This document shows positions 54,225 through 63,749 of a DNA stretch of 64,000 bases, piece after piece; the stretch's first letter is position 1; each line of letters opens with the position of its first letter. Both the position numbers and the translations under genes were made by a program. Source of the DNA: a virus. The stretch is from positions 3,200 to 67,199 of IMG/VR virus record IMGVR_UViG_3300015063_000002; one strand, given 5' to 3'. The notes under the pieces were generated by a model. The model saw only the letters and a program-made list of their open reading frames with translations, made no database searches and was not told where the DNA came from.

Positions 54225-54908
54225 ATGAGCGAAAAGTACAGCGATTTTGATTTCTTCAAATGGCAAGGGGTAGATTTTGTTCCCGGCAAGGATGCGAACT
54301 ACGATTCTCGTATCAAAATGTTAGAAGCTTTCCAATCTGACCGGGAAGCTTACCGCATCGCCCAGTCCGGCGTGCAGATGCAAGGCGGCGTTACGACGCC
54401 GAGGGTGTGGGTACACGCAAGCGGGTCGGCTAAAGGTCGTCTCGTGGGGATTAGAAGGGCTACTTACGCTTTAGCAAAGAGAGCCGTTGCCAGAGGTCAA
54501 ACGCAAGCCTTTTTCGATTACGGTTACAACTTTGAAACAGCTAAAGCAATACGATTCGACGAATCTAGCTACTTGCGATTGAGTGTAGAGTACGCCCCGC
54601 CGATTTCACGAAAGCTTTGTGTTATTTTCCGACTACCCAGAGATTACCTCATCCTGGAGCAGTTCGAGCGGTACAAGGTGCTTGGCATTTCGCCAGGCCG
54701 CCCAGACGATAACGTTTTGCCAATTTTGATCGAGCTTGAAGACGATTTACCCCAACTAGCACGAGCAGGCGGAGCCGGTATGAGGGTCGAGAAGGAGTCG
54801 GACGGCACGACTTTCCTGCGAACTAACTCTAACGAAGTATTGACCGATTTACTTGCTTTCGAGCGGGCTAAAGAAGCTGCTCGAAAAGCATGGGAGGTTA
54901 GGAATTAA
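54225..54908 (+). CDS. Hypothetical protein
   Basis: RBS AAGGAGG. Confidence 0.6.
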   Translation: MSEKYSDFDFFKWQGVDFVPGKDANYDSRIKMLEAFQSDREAYRIAQSGVQMQGGVTTPRVWVHASGSAKGRLVGIRRATYALAKRAVARGQTQAFFDYGYNFETAKAIRFDESSYLRLSVEYAPPISRKLCVIFRLPRDYLILEQFERYKVLGISPGRPDDNVLPILIELEDDLPQLARAGGAGMRVEKESDGTTFLRTNSNEVLTDLLAFERAKEAARKAWEVRN

Positions 54909-54910
54909 CT

Positions 54911-55351
54911 ATGAGTGAAAAAAAACAAGAACAGCAACCGGCACCACCTTTTGTGTCACAACTTACCCAGCACACCACCCCGCTCATAATCCAGTACCAG
55001 CGCGGGTTGGTTGCGGTTGGCCCGGTCATAATGAAGCAGTTGGAAGAGGCGGGCCTGGCGGTAGTAGACGCCGAAGAAGCCCTGGCTCTGAGCGGCCAGT
55101 TACTGCACCTCAACACAACGTTGGCCCAAGTCTGCCTCCTCAATGCCGGATTGCAAGCCGAGGTAGAGAAATCCCGTCGTGTGTTGGGTCTCGCAGACGA
55201 TAGCGACCCGGATCACCCCTTCGGCTCACCCGGTACGGTCATGACAGTGCGGCCTGATCGCAGACGTACTGGTGGTGCGCGTCATAGTGATGATGGTCGC
55301 GGTGGCGGTAAGTGGTCTGGGGAAGGGGGTCAAGGCAGTGGAAACAAGTGA
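54911..55351 (+). CDS. Hypothetical protein
   Basis: Co-oriented operon gene. Confidence 0.5.
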   Translation: MSEKKQEQQPAPPFVSQLTQHTTPLIIQYQRGLVAVGPVIMKQLEEAGLAVVDAEEALALSGQLLHLNTTLAQVCLLNAGLQAEVEKSRRVLGLADDSDPDHPFGSPGTVMTVRPDRRRTGGARHSDDGRGGGKWSGEGGQGSGNK

Positions 55352-55643
55352 CCAAGAGAAGTTTGAACAGCGTCGAAAGCAAAACGAGCGGGGCGGGTTG
55401 GTTGAGAGGATGCTATCGCACCAAAAACCCCAAGCCGAAGAAACGGCCCAGCTTCAAAATAGTAAGCGGATTTACCTCGCTTATAATCTGGCTTATCACA
55501 CCATACATACCAGTTTCGACGACGAAGCTTTCCTCGAAACCGAACGGCAGTTTGATATTTTGCTTTTGAGCCATTTCGAGCATGGTGAGTGGCATGACCA
55601 TCAGGTCGGCCTCAGCCTCCTAAAAATGGTGATTGGTAGTTGA
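55272..55643 (+). CDS. Hypothetical protein (start uncertain)
   Basis: Co-oriented operon gene. Confidence 0.45.
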   Translation: MVRVIVMMVAVAVSGLGKGVKAVETSDQEKFEQRRKQNERGGLVERMLSHQKPQAEETAQLQNSKRIYLAYNLAYHTIHTSFDDEAFLETERQFDILLLSHFEHGEWHDHQVGLSLLKMVIGS

Positions 55644-55959
55644 GTTACGAGGGGAAGGAGTGACGAGAGTGGAAACCAGCGACGGCATTGAGACGATTGA
55701 CCCTTACAGCGTAGACCCGGCCACGCTCACTATCGGGCGGCGTTATTACGTCCCGACTAACGAGCCGGGTGGTATAAACCGAACTCACCTGACGATTTAC
55801 GACGGGTTGGACGCCAAAACTGGCTATCCGCACTTCACCTGCGATCAGGACTGCCCGATCAGGGCCAGCGTCAAGGGTCAGGCTCGGCCCGCTCGTTTTG
55901 TCTTTGTCAGTTTGCACCGGGCGGGCGATGGCAGTCATCGCCCTTCAAAGAAAGGGTAG
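55633..55959 (+). CDS. Hypothetical protein
   Basis: Co-oriented operon gene. Confidence 0.45.
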   Translation: MVVELRGEGVTRVETSDGIETIDPYSVDPATLTIGRRYYVPTNEPGGINRTHLTIYDGLDAKTGYPHFTCDQDCPIRASVKGQARPARFVFVSLHRAGDGSHRPSKKG

Positions 55960-55962
55960 CGA

Positions 55963-56199
55963 GTGGAGGGTAAGCAAGAGTTGAGAATATATTGCAAGTG
56001 CTACTGCCACGACAATTTAATGCGTTGCAAACGTTGTTTGGGTCAGCCGTGTCGGGAGTATGACACGTCCGTAGCGCGGGCTAAGATTGAACAGACCTTG
56101 AATGTTCTGAGGAAAAGAACGGAGGTCAAAACTATCCTTGATATTTTGGATGGTATTGCCAAGAAAGGGAAAAGGAAGGAATGGACGAGCAACAATTAG
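55963..56199 (+). CDS. Small Cys-rich protein
   Basis: CKCYCH...CKRC...C. Confidence 0.5.
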   Translation: MEGKQELRIYCKCYCHDNLMRCKRCLGQPCREYDTSVARAKIEQTLNVLRKRTEVKTILDILDGIAKKGKRKEWTSNN

Positions 56200-56486
56200 C
56201 TGCTATTAAAGAACGTTTTTCGAGAACGACACCCGGTGATTGGTCATTCGATGAACAACTTACGGCGTTGTCGTCAGTATTACCAAAGAAAAGGCCGGCT
56301 ACGGTTTTAGAGGCGCGTAATGATTGGGGAGCGGATGATCAGAGTTTAGAAATATCGGATGAAGACGCCGAGTTTATAGCCCATGCTCACCAGGACATCC
56401 CGGCCCTGCTTGCCTACATCGAAGAGCTTAAATCGGATTATGAGAGTTTGGAGGGGGAATATCATGACTTTAAAATGGAAGTGTAG
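56181..56486 (+). CDS. Phage hypothetical protein
   Basis: TPGDW...DAEFIAHAHQDIPALLAYIEEL pattern common in phage early genes. Confidence 0.6.
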   Translation: MDEQQLAAIKERFSRTTPGDWSFDEQLTALSSVLPKKRPATVLEARNDWGADDQSLEISDEDAEFIAHAHQDIPALLAYIEELKSDYESLEGEYHDFKMEV

Positions 56487-56494
56487 GTGAGGTA

Positions 56495-56668
56495 GTGGTA
56501 GTCCAACTGCTCTCCCTGGACGCCTTCCTGCTCGTACTGGGCGTGCTACTCAAACAAAATCTGGGGGTAGCTTTGAGTTCTAGCGGTTGGATAGTTGGTG
56601 TAGTGCTACTCGACACCGGCTATGCCATCTGGCAGATGAGGAAAACGAAACAGAGGAAAATAAGATGA
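56495..56668 (+). CDS. Holin-like 57-aa protein missed by the ORF track
   Basis: Two hydrophobic segments and basic tail MRKTKQRKIR; stop overlaps the glucosaminidase ATG. Confidence 0.55.
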   Translation: MVVQLLSLDAFLLVLGVLLKQNLGVALSSSGWIVGVVLLDTGYAIWQMRKTKQRKIR

Positions 56669-57237
56669 CAACCCCGATTGCAGGCTACTCCGTTATCCCG
56701 GCGGCCAATTTTCGTCGCCTCCTCGCCCTTAACGGCGGGCCGGGCGCGACGGCCAAAGGGCAAATAATTGAAATCTACTACTCGAAAGAAGTCCAGTGGG
56801 GTATTCGGGCCGATGTTTTGGTTGCCCAAATGCTCCACGAGACTGGCTACCTTACAAGCTGGTGGTGCGGGCCGACCCGTAACAACATGGCCGGGATCGG
56901 CGTTACAGGCGAGTCTCAACACGCTAACCCAAACCTTACCGGCTGGGTCTTCAAGTCGGAGGACGGCACCTGGCGCAAGGGTTACACGTTCGTAGACCCC
57001 TGGGCCGGGATCGAGGCTCACTACGCCCATATGTCGGGCTACCTCTGGCCGAACGAAGGGCCACGTAATCACGCCGACCTCAAAGACCCGCGTTATGCGG
57101 CGGTTAAGGCTGCCTTTACCCAGCATAAGTGGTCGCCCTGTCGGGTGTTAACCGACCTCAACGGACGCTGGGCCGTGCCGGGAACGACTTACGGGCAGAT
57201 GGTCGAGGGGGTTATGAGAGCGGCTGAGGGGAGTTAG
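56665..57237 (+). CDS. Glucosaminidase-family peptidoglycan hydrolase (putative endolysin)
   Basis: AQMLHETGY...NNMAGIG...GIEAH...LNGRWA...YG; start taken at MTTPIA. Confidence 0.8.
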   Translation: MTTPIAGYSVIPAANFRRLLALNGGPGATAKGQIIEIYYSKEVQWGIRADVLVAQMLHETGYLTSWWCGPTRNNMAGIGVTGESQHANPNLTGWVFKSEDGTWRKGYTFVDPWAGIEAHYAHMSGYLWPNEGPRNHADLKDPRYAAVKAAFTQHKWSPCRVLTDLNGRWAVPGTTYGQMVEGVMRAAEGS

Positions 57238-57239
57238 TT

Positions 57240-57509
57240 TTGAGATTGATTGAAGTATTCAAGGGCGCGGTTACTCTCGAAACGTTTTACCCTGCTTTTG
57301 ATAAAACAGTAGGCGAGATGGACGTAAACGAGTTTCACGACTTCCTGCTGTCCAATTTGAGCATGGGCGACGGTTTATTCTTAGATTTATCGAAAATGGC
57401 GGATTATGCCGGGTTTCCTGACCTCTTCTGGACTAATTTAGTTTGGGAGTTTGTCAAAGACAAGGAAGCCTGGCAAAGAAAACATCAGAGTAGAAAACCA
57501 GTTGAGTAG
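57240..57509 (+). CDS. Hypothetical protein
   Basis: Co-oriented operon gene. Confidence 0.45.
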   Translation: MRLIEVFKGAVTLETFYPAFDKTVGEMDVNEFHDFLLSNLSMGDGLFLDLSKMADYAGFPDLFWTNLVWEFVKDKEAWQRKHQSRKPVE

Positions 57510-58497
57510 TGAGCAACCTCAGCAAATAGTCGTCGTCGGTACTGTGACAACGACTCAAATCCAGTCCGAGCAACCTCAGCAGCAACCACTTGACCAGAAT
57601 CCGGCGGCGGTCTATTTGGCAAGCCTGTCCAAGAACGGGCGTGTCACCATGCGGTCAAGCCTCAATCAATTGGTGCGGCTCTACACCGGAGACGAAAACG
57701 CTGATTGTCTTAGCTTTCCCTGGCAAAACTTGCGCTATCAGCACACGACGGCCATTCGCACCTTGCTCAAAGACAAGTATTCACCTGGCTCGGCGAACAC
57801 AATCTTATGTGGTATGCGCCGGGTGTTGAAGGAAGCCTGGCGGTTGGGGCTGATTACCTCAGAAGATTTTAGCCGGGCGGTTGATCTGGCCGGTATCAGG
57901 GCTGAAACCTTGCCCAGAGGCCGCGCCCTGGCCGTCAGCGAAGTGAGTAGTCTCATTGAGTTTTGCAAGAAAGATACGACCCCGGTCGGTGTGAGGGATA
58001 GTGCCGTGATTATCATGCTCTACGGCACGGGATTACGCCGGTCGGAACTGGCAAATTTAAAGTTAGCCGACGTGGACGTAGAGACCGGCGAAGTCAAAGT
58101 GTTTGCTGGCAAGGGTCACAAAGACCGGGTTAGCTACTTGCCCCAGTGGGCTTTGCCAGCCCTGACCGGGTGGATCAAGGTGAGGGGTAGTGAAGCCGGG
58201 CCGCTTTTCTACCAGTCGGATAAAACTGGCGGCATATCGCAAAAGGTCATCTCGGACGAGGTGGTTATGCGCCTTCTCAAAAAACGGGTCGAACAGGCCG
58301 GTATCAAGCATTGCAGCCCGCATGACCTGCGCCGCACCTTCGTCTCTGAGCTACTCGATCAGGGCGTAGACATTGCGACTGTGCAGAAGCTGGCCGGACA
58401 CGCCGATATTGCCACTACTGCCCGCTATGACAGGCGTGGAGAAGTTACGAAGCGTAAGGCCGTTAATTTTCTCAAAGTACCCGCAGCGATGCAGTGA
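57451..58497 (+). CDS. Tyrosine recombinase
   Basis: TGLRRSE, GKGHK, HDLRR, AGHADIATTARY. Confidence 0.92.
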   Translation: MSKTRKPGKENIRVENQLSSEQPQQIVVVGTVTTTQIQSEQPQQQPLDQNPAAVYLASLSKNGRVTMRSSLNQLVRLYTGDENADCLSFPWQNLRYQHTTAIRTLLKDKYSPGSANTILCGMRRVLKEAWRLGLITSEDFSRAVDLAGIRAETLPRGRALAVSEVSSLIEFCKKDTTPVGVRDSAVIIMLYGTGLRRSELANLKLADVDVETGEVKVFAGKGHKDRVSYLPQWALPALTGWIKVRGSEAGPLFYQSDKTGGISQKVISDEVVMRLLKKRVEQAGIKHCSPHDLRRTFVSELLDQGVDIATVQKLAGHADIATTARYDRRGEVTKRKAVNFLKVPAAMQ

Positions 58498-58764
58498 GTG
58501 ATAGAGGGGATTATCATGAGCAAGAAAACTAGCCAACACAAAAAGCATACAAATGATATGGGTGAACTAGGTTTCGCTGGTCGGCTTATGGCCGGTCAAT
58601 CGCCGTCGGCAGCCTGGCAAGAGATTCGGGCGAGTTTGCAGGCCGACCCGATGGCACTAGAAATTGTGAGAGAGCTTCACAAGAGTGATCCTGATGTGGC
58701 GGAGTCGAGTCGGCGGGAATGGTCTGAGCAAGGTTTGAAACCACCCTGGGAAGGACTACTGTAA
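58498..58764 (+). CDS. Hypothetical protein
   Basis: Co-oriented operon gene. Confidence 0.45.
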   Translation: MIEGIIMSKKTSQHKKHTNDMGELGFAGRLMAGQSPSAAWQEIRASLQADPMALEIVRELHKSDPDVAESSRREWSEQGLKPPWEGLL

Positions 58765-58766
58765 CG

Positions 58767-59135
58767 ATGATAGCTACTCACAAAACGACTGAGTATTGCC
58801 CGATTTGCCAGGATACCAAGCCGCTTGAAGCGTTCCACCGCGATCCGACTAAATCCAGCGGTCATCGCTATCGGTGTGGTGAGTGTGAGCAGTTGGTGCG
58901 CTGGGTGAACGAAGCTTTGCGACAGCAGTACGACGACGCCCACCCGTTCCAGACTAAGAAAGAGCGGGCCGGTGTACCCAACCTGCTCGAACAAAAACTG
59001 GTGGCGCGGTTTGGCGGGCCGCTCACCAGGGCTAACTGGCAAGAACTCAGATACGAGTTGGAGGAAGATTTGTCGGTTATCAAGGCGGCGACGGCGCGGC
59101 TAAAGAAGCCCAGCATGAAAGGTCGGAAGCGGTAG
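58767..59135 (+). CDS. Zn-finger protein
   Basis: CPICQDTKPLEAF...RCGEC. Confidence 0.55.
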   Translation: MIATHKTTEYCPICQDTKPLEAFHRDPTKSSGHRYRCGECEQLVRWVNEALRQQYDDAHPFQTKKERAGVPNLLEQKLVARFGGPLTRANWQELRYELEEDLSVIKAATARLKKPSMKGRKR

Positions 59136-59145
59136 GTAGCCGGGC

Positions 59146-59481
59146 GTGAAGTTCGTTCCCGGCACGCTACTCGGTAACGCAGCAGGTATCAGGTTCGTGC
59201 CACCTGGTTGCGTCGTCGGCCAGGGGTCGGGGCTGTGCTACCGGTGCGTCGCGTTTTGGGAAGAGCCGCTCGAAGCCGTCGGCAAGCTGGCAATCCATCA
59301 CCACTTGACCGGGCTGAGGCTTGGCTACTTTTTTGAGGATGAGGGGCAGGCCCAGACGTTTATCCGCCAGGCGGCGAGGGTGGCAGATTGGAACATGGTC
59401 AGTTTGGATAACCGTCCCGGACCGGCGGTAATCGAGCGGTTAAACAAAATTGTAGGTAGGAAAGCAGTTAGAGGCGCATGA
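59146..59481 (+). CDS. Hypothetical protein
   Basis: Co-oriented operon gene. Confidence 0.45.
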   Translation: MKFVPGTLLGNAAGIRFVPPGCVVGQGSGLCYRCVAFWEEPLEAVGKLAIHHHLTGLRLGYFFEDEGQAQTFIRQAARVADWNMVSLDNRPGPAVIERLNKIVGRKAVRGA

Positions 59482-60146
59482 GTTACGAATTAAAAAACCG
59501 ACTTAAAACTTACGTTTGGTTGCAACAAGTCACCTGGCCGAAAGTTTTACAACTAGCTTTGGCTTACGACTGGCAACCACAGGGAGTGTTCGATCCGAGA
59601 AGTAACCGCCGTTATCGCCCCTCGAAGAATGACCTTGATAAAGACGGGTTTACTTTTATTGCAGATGGGCGTTTCAAAACTAACATAGCCACTGGTGAAC
59701 GCACGTCGGTCGCAGAGGGTGCAAACTCTCTACACGAAGCCGAGGTAAAACGTGAAATGGCGAGTGTGGTGAGTTTACACCTTGCTCCACTTCTTACCAA
59801 CCACAGGCTTGCCTCACCCCAGATTTTGTTCGGCTACCTTCAAAATGACCGGCTTGTTGTAACCACACCCGACGCGAAAGCCCTGGCTCAAGCTCTGGAA
59901 AAGGGGCTGAGTGATGTGCCGACGGTGGACACCATCCGCCACCTAAAATTTAAAGATGGTGAAGAACCCGCCGAAGATGATGGGGAAATTCACATAGCAA
60001 CGGGTACGTTTGAAGAGGGTTTGTTCATGGATTACAAAGTGGCAGCGGGCCTGGTTCCGAGTGATTGGTTTAGCGGTGAGGCTGGACGGGCTAAACTCAA
60101 AAAAGTCATAAGTCTGGCGGCAGTCGGTGAGTTTATCATTTTTTGA
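59478..60146 (+). CDS. Hypothetical protein
   Basis: 222-aa ORF, ATGA-coupled. Confidence 0.55.
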   Translation: MSYELKNRLKTYVWLQQVTWPKVLQLALAYDWQPQGVFDPRSNRRYRPSKNDLDKDGFTFIADGRFKTNIATGERTSVAEGANSLHEAEVKREMASVVSLHLAPLLTNHRLASPQILFGYLQNDRLVVTTPDAKALAQALEKGLSDVPTVDTIRHLKFKDGEEPAEDDGEIHIATGTFEEGLFMDYKVAAGLVPSDWFSGEAGRAKLKKVISLAAVGEFIIF

Positions 60147-60173
60147 AAATACACATACGAAGAGGTATCCATA

Positions 60174-60620
60174 ATGTTTGAAGGATTCCCGCTCCCACCT
60201 TTGGGTGTAAATAGTGATAGGTATTTCGACCGCCAGGGCAACAAAATTTCTTTCGAGCGGTTCATTGAACTTTCACGTTCTGGGGTTGATCCAAGAGTAG
60301 CCCTTACCAAAGTCAGAGGGTTCTGGGTCAGTACGCTCTGGTTTGGAGTGAACGTAGCACTGCGAGGGTTTACTCCCGCTGTATTCGAGACAATGATTTT
60401 TGACGGGCCGTTAGATGGGTTTCAGGCTCGCTACCCGACCGAGATTGAGGCTCTGGAAGGGCATGAAGTGGCGGTCAAGATGATCAAGGCTTTACCCAGG
60501 CAGACCTTGATCAAGTTCCACCAGGATTACCTGGCCGAAAACCACCAACGCTACCGACCCTCTACAGAGTTCGAGGCTGAGTGGGAATACCTTCGCAAAA
60601 GGAAAAGTGAAATTGAATGA
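60174..60620 (+). CDS. Phage hypothetical protein
   Basis: VSTLWFG...FETMIF...RY.T..EA..GH pattern seen in phage proteins. Confidence 0.55.
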   Translation: MFEGFPLPPLGVNSDRYFDRQGNKISFERFIELSRSGVDPRVALTKVRGFWVSTLWFGVNVALRGFTPAVFETMIFDGPLDGFQARYPTEIEALEGHEVAVKMIKALPRQTLIKFHQDYLAENHQRYRPSTEFEAEWEYLRKRKSEIE

Positions 60621-60643
60621 GCGAGTATTTGAGCGAAGACGAG

Positions 60644-61940
60644 GTGATTACTCCCCTCGCGTAAACGCGGGGGCTTCTACGGACTGATTACCGAGAGAGT
60701 CTAATCCAACTCTCAAAATATTTAAGGAAGCGTTGAGGTCGCGGTCTATATGCAAGAGGCAATCAGGGCAATTGAATACCCGCTGGGACAGGGGCATCTT
60801 TTGTCTGTGACCGCACCTCGAACAATCTTGCGACGTATACGCCGGATTAACTTTAACGAACAGCCGCCCAGCTTCTTCCGCTTTAGCCGCTATCATCCCG
60901 AAAAAGTTAGTCCAGGCCGCATCCGAGATAGACTTGGCAAGGCAGTGATTATGTACCATCCGGTTAACGTTAAGGTCTTCTACAAAAATATGACCGAACT
61001 GGTTGACCACCTTGCGCGAGTGCTGGTGGCTAAAGTTTGTGCGCTCGAACCCTATTCGTTCATGTACCCGCGCCACTACCTTACGGGCCTTCTTTCGTTC
61101 TTTAGAAGCCGGTTGACCCTTCTCAGGTTTAGTGGTTTTGGAGAGTTTTCTTTGAACCTTAGCCAACGCCTTTTCTTCTTTACGAAAGAAGCGGGGGTTT
61201 TCAATCTCTTGACCGTCCGAGAGGGTGGCAAAGGTCTTCAACCCGACATCAATGCCAACGCTCGTTTCCAGCTTTGGCAAGCGTACCGGCTCGGTTTCGA
61301 CTACCAAGCACACATACCATTTGCCGGTACTGGCACGGGTCAGGGTAGCCGTCTTGAGCGTGCAAGCCTGGGGCAAAGGCCGATGTAGTACCAACTTGAT
61401 ATGACCGACCTTCGAGACTACAAGCTTACCGTCCGGGCCGATAGAACAACCACCAGTGCTGATTTGAGTGAAGGTCATAGAGTCGTACCGACCGTAACCT
61501 TTGAAGCGGGGATAACCCGGCTTTTCACCAGCTTTAACCCTGCGAAAGAAGGCTTGAAAGGCCAACTCTACCCGCTCTGTAACGTTTTGAAGAACCTGAG
61601 AATGAACTTCTTTGAGGGTTAGTCTTTGTTCTTTGAGAATGGGAATGCACTTTTTGGTATCGTAATAAGAAACATGACGCCCTTCCTGTTCCCAGGCGTT
61701 CTTACGCATTGCCAACGTCTCATTATACAGCCAGCGACATTCTTCAAGCTGCTTTTCAAGCAAGCGGGTTTGCCGCCCAGTTGGATATATTCGATACTTA
61801 AAAGTTTTTCTCATGAGCTTATTATCGCAGGATTTAGATAAAAGTGCCAATCTTATCTAAATAAAAGCTCGTTGATTAGGTGGCTACCGCCACACCCGGT
61901 TCTTTATCCCCTTATCTAAAGAAAGGGGGCTTAGAACCGG
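60644..61940 (-). mobile_element. TnpB-only IS200/IS605-family element 2
   Basis: Right end ...GGGGAGTAATCAC at 60644; left-end hairpin CCGGTTCT...AGAACCGG; TAM TTATC at 61945-61941; no tnpA. Confidence 0.8.
60648..61814 (-). CDS. tnpB: TnpB RNA-guided nuclease
   Basis: TFKYRIYPT, VGIDVG, FVEDLN, CSRCG...CPDC, RDLNAS. Confidence 0.95.
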   Translation of the reverse strand: MRKTFKYRIYPTGRQTRLLEKQLEECRWLYNETLAMRKNAWEQEGRHVSYYDTKKCIPILKEQRLTLKEVHSQVLQNVTERVELAFQAFFRRVKAGEKPGYPRFKGYGRYDSMTFTQISTGGCSIGPDGKLVVSKVGHIKLVLHRPLPQACTLKTATLTRASTGKWYVCLVVETEPVRLPKLETSVGIDVGLKTFATLSDGQEIENPRFFRKEEKALAKVQRKLSKTTKPEKGQPASKERKKARKVVARVHERIGFERTNFSHQHSRKVVNQFGHIFVEDLNVNRMVHNHCLAKSISDAAWTNFFGMIAAKAEEAGRLFVKVNPAYTSQDCSRCGHRQKMPLSQRVFNCPDCLLHIDRDLNASLNILRVGLDSLGNQSVEAPAFTRGE

Positions 61941-62270
61941 GATAAGGATTCGCTAAAAGAAATGCTGGAAGGGTTTATTGATTGGATGGCCGAGGTAATG
62001 CCCTTCTCGATGCAAGCCCGCGAACTCCCGGAAGTAGACTGGGCCAGCGTGTTCAGAGAGAGCGACTACAGCAAGAGTTTTGCTCAGGGGCTAGAGGATT
62101 ACCATAAGCTCAAACCCACGCCTACCCGTAGCCAGATGTTACAGTATCTCGCCTTTGGGAAGGGTGTGATTTGTACTTTGTTTGAGATAAAGTGGGTGCC
62201 GAAGTTTGATTGAAAAAGAGGACACCGCTCCCAAACCTGGAACTGCCAGAACCGATAAGTTAACACTCAG

Positions 62271-62591
62271 TCATGCCGCGCTCCCGGCCCTTGACCCGGC
62301 CTTCATGCTCCGGCCAAAGCACGCCTTACCGCAGAACTTGACGCGGTTCAACGGCCCGACCAGGCCGCACTCGCCGCATTTCGTCCTGGCCTCGTCACCG
62401 GCGTTATGCTGGACATGGTACGCCTTATAAGACTGGACACGCGGGTCGGACAGGTCAATGAGCCAGATGCTACCGGACTGGCTGGCTGGTAGCCGTTTTT
62501 CTAAGACCGCGTTACGCAGCGTTGCTACCTTGATGTCGAGACGCTGAGCCGCCTCTTTGAGAGTCACAATATTATTTACCACTTCATTCAC
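62271..62591 (-). CDS. Excisionase-like HTH protein
   Basis: VTLKEAAQRLDIKVATLRNAVLEKRLPASQSGSIWLI; divergent from the integrase. Confidence 0.75.
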   Translation of the reverse strand: MNEVVNNIVTLKEAAQRLDIKVATLRNAVLEKRLPASQSGSIWLIDLSDPRVQSYKAYHVQHNAGDEARTKCGECGLVGPLNRVKFCGKACFGRSMKAGSRAGSAA

Positions 62592-62713
62592 CTTACCTTA
62601 CCAGACAAACTAGATTTCCCAAGATAACCCAAATATGTCCTGATTATGGCACGCTGGCCGGGCCACTTCAATTACCCGATCTTCCTAGAGTGGGTACTAT
62701 TTTTGCTCCGATA

Positions 62714-62745
62714 AATAGCCATATAATATACATTATATGGCTATT
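62714..62745. promoter_or_regulatory. Perfect palindrome, candidate recombinase core or operator site
   Basis: AATAGCCATATAAT-atac-ATTATATGGCTATT; a third half-site CATTATATGGCTA at 62808-62820. Confidence 0.65.
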
Positions 62746-62831
62746 GTGCTATACTGGCCCCCAAGACGACCACGTTCTCAGGGCCTTCTTTTTGGCCCGA
62801 AATTTAACATTATATGGCTAATAAATAATAT

Positions 62832-63749
62832 TTGGGGAGACTCGAAAGAGAAATGATTGAGCTAATTGAAAATTTCCTGACCGATCTTGAAAACGCTAAT
62901 CGGTCGCCCCTGACGGTCAAAAATTATCAGGCCGATCTGTTCGCTTTTGCCCACGCCCAGGGCGAGGACGGAAGTGGCATTATTACACTTAGCGGTATAA
63001 CGGTCGGTACGCTCCGCGATTACTTTGCCTCTCAGTCGAGCAAGAGTGCCGCGACCAGGGCAAGGCACCAGTCCAGCCTGGCGGCGTTCTTTAAGTGGGC
63101 CGTGCGGCATGGTCACGCGACCACAAACCCGATGGATTTACTCGACCGGGTGAAGTTGCCCGCTCCGGTGCCACGCGGAGTCAGTCAGGACAAAATCAAA
63201 AGGATATTAGATGCAATCCCTACAGACCGAACCCGTGACCGACTAATGTTCAAGCTGATCGCCGCAACCGGCCTGCGAGCGAGTGAAGTTTTGGCCCTCT
63301 ACGTTGAAGATATAGACCTCGTAAAAGATGATGAGCATTTCAGCGTTGTCGGCAAGGGTCAGAAACGACGTACAATCTTCCTCGACGACACGGCCCTGGT
63401 CGTCATGCTCAAAAAATATTTGCAAACGACGGGCTACCAGTACGGCCATCTCTTTCGGGCCGAGAAGAACGCGAAGGACGCCTCACTCGGTTACGACGCC
63501 CTCGAACGACTTTGGTCTAAATACTGTGAGCGGGCCGAGGTCGAAGGAGTGACGCTCCACCAGCTTCGGCACAGCCACGCGACCGAACTCGTTAACGCCG
63601 GTGCGTCGCTCTCGACCATCCGCAAACGGCTCGGCCATGCTCATATGCAAACGACACTCAGATATGCCGAACAGACCGACCGGGCCGCTGACGACGAACT
63701 AAGAGCGATTCGCCGACGGCAAAATATAGAGCGTGGCGGGAGAGGATAG
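62832..63749 (+). CDS. Tyrosine recombinase (XerC/D-like)
   Basis: TGLRASE, GKGQK, HQLRH, LGHAHMQTTLRY. Confidence 0.92.
   Translation: MGRLEREMIELIENFLTDLENANRSPLTVKNYQADLFAFAHAQGEDGSGIITLSGITVGTLRDYFASQSSKSAATRARHQSSLAAFFKWAVRHGHATTNPMDLLDRVKLPAPVPRGVSQDKIKRILDAIPTDRTRDRLMFKLIAATGLRASEVLALYVEDIDLVKDDEHFSVVGKGQKRRTIFLDDTALVVMLKKYLQTTGYQYGHLFRAEKNAKDASLGYDALERLWSKYCERAEVEGVTLHQLRHSHATELVNAGASLSTIRKRLGHAHMQTTLRYAEQTDRAADDELRAIRRRQNIERGGRG

Larger units (their letters stand above)
60617..62213 (+). pseudogene. Gene interrupted by IS element 2 (exons 60617-60643 and 61941-62213)
   Basis: Removing 60644-61940 joins MSEYLSEDE to DKDSLKEMLEGF... in frame. Confidence 0.7.

Noticed and set aside
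50438-61940. IStron (group I intron-IS hybrid) reading of the TnpB elements
   Set aside because: The left ends are short and leave no room for a group I intron core.
62586-62604. GGTAA GGTAA GGTGA on the minus strand
   Set aside because: Three units only, coinciding with the ribosome-binding region of the Xis-like gene.
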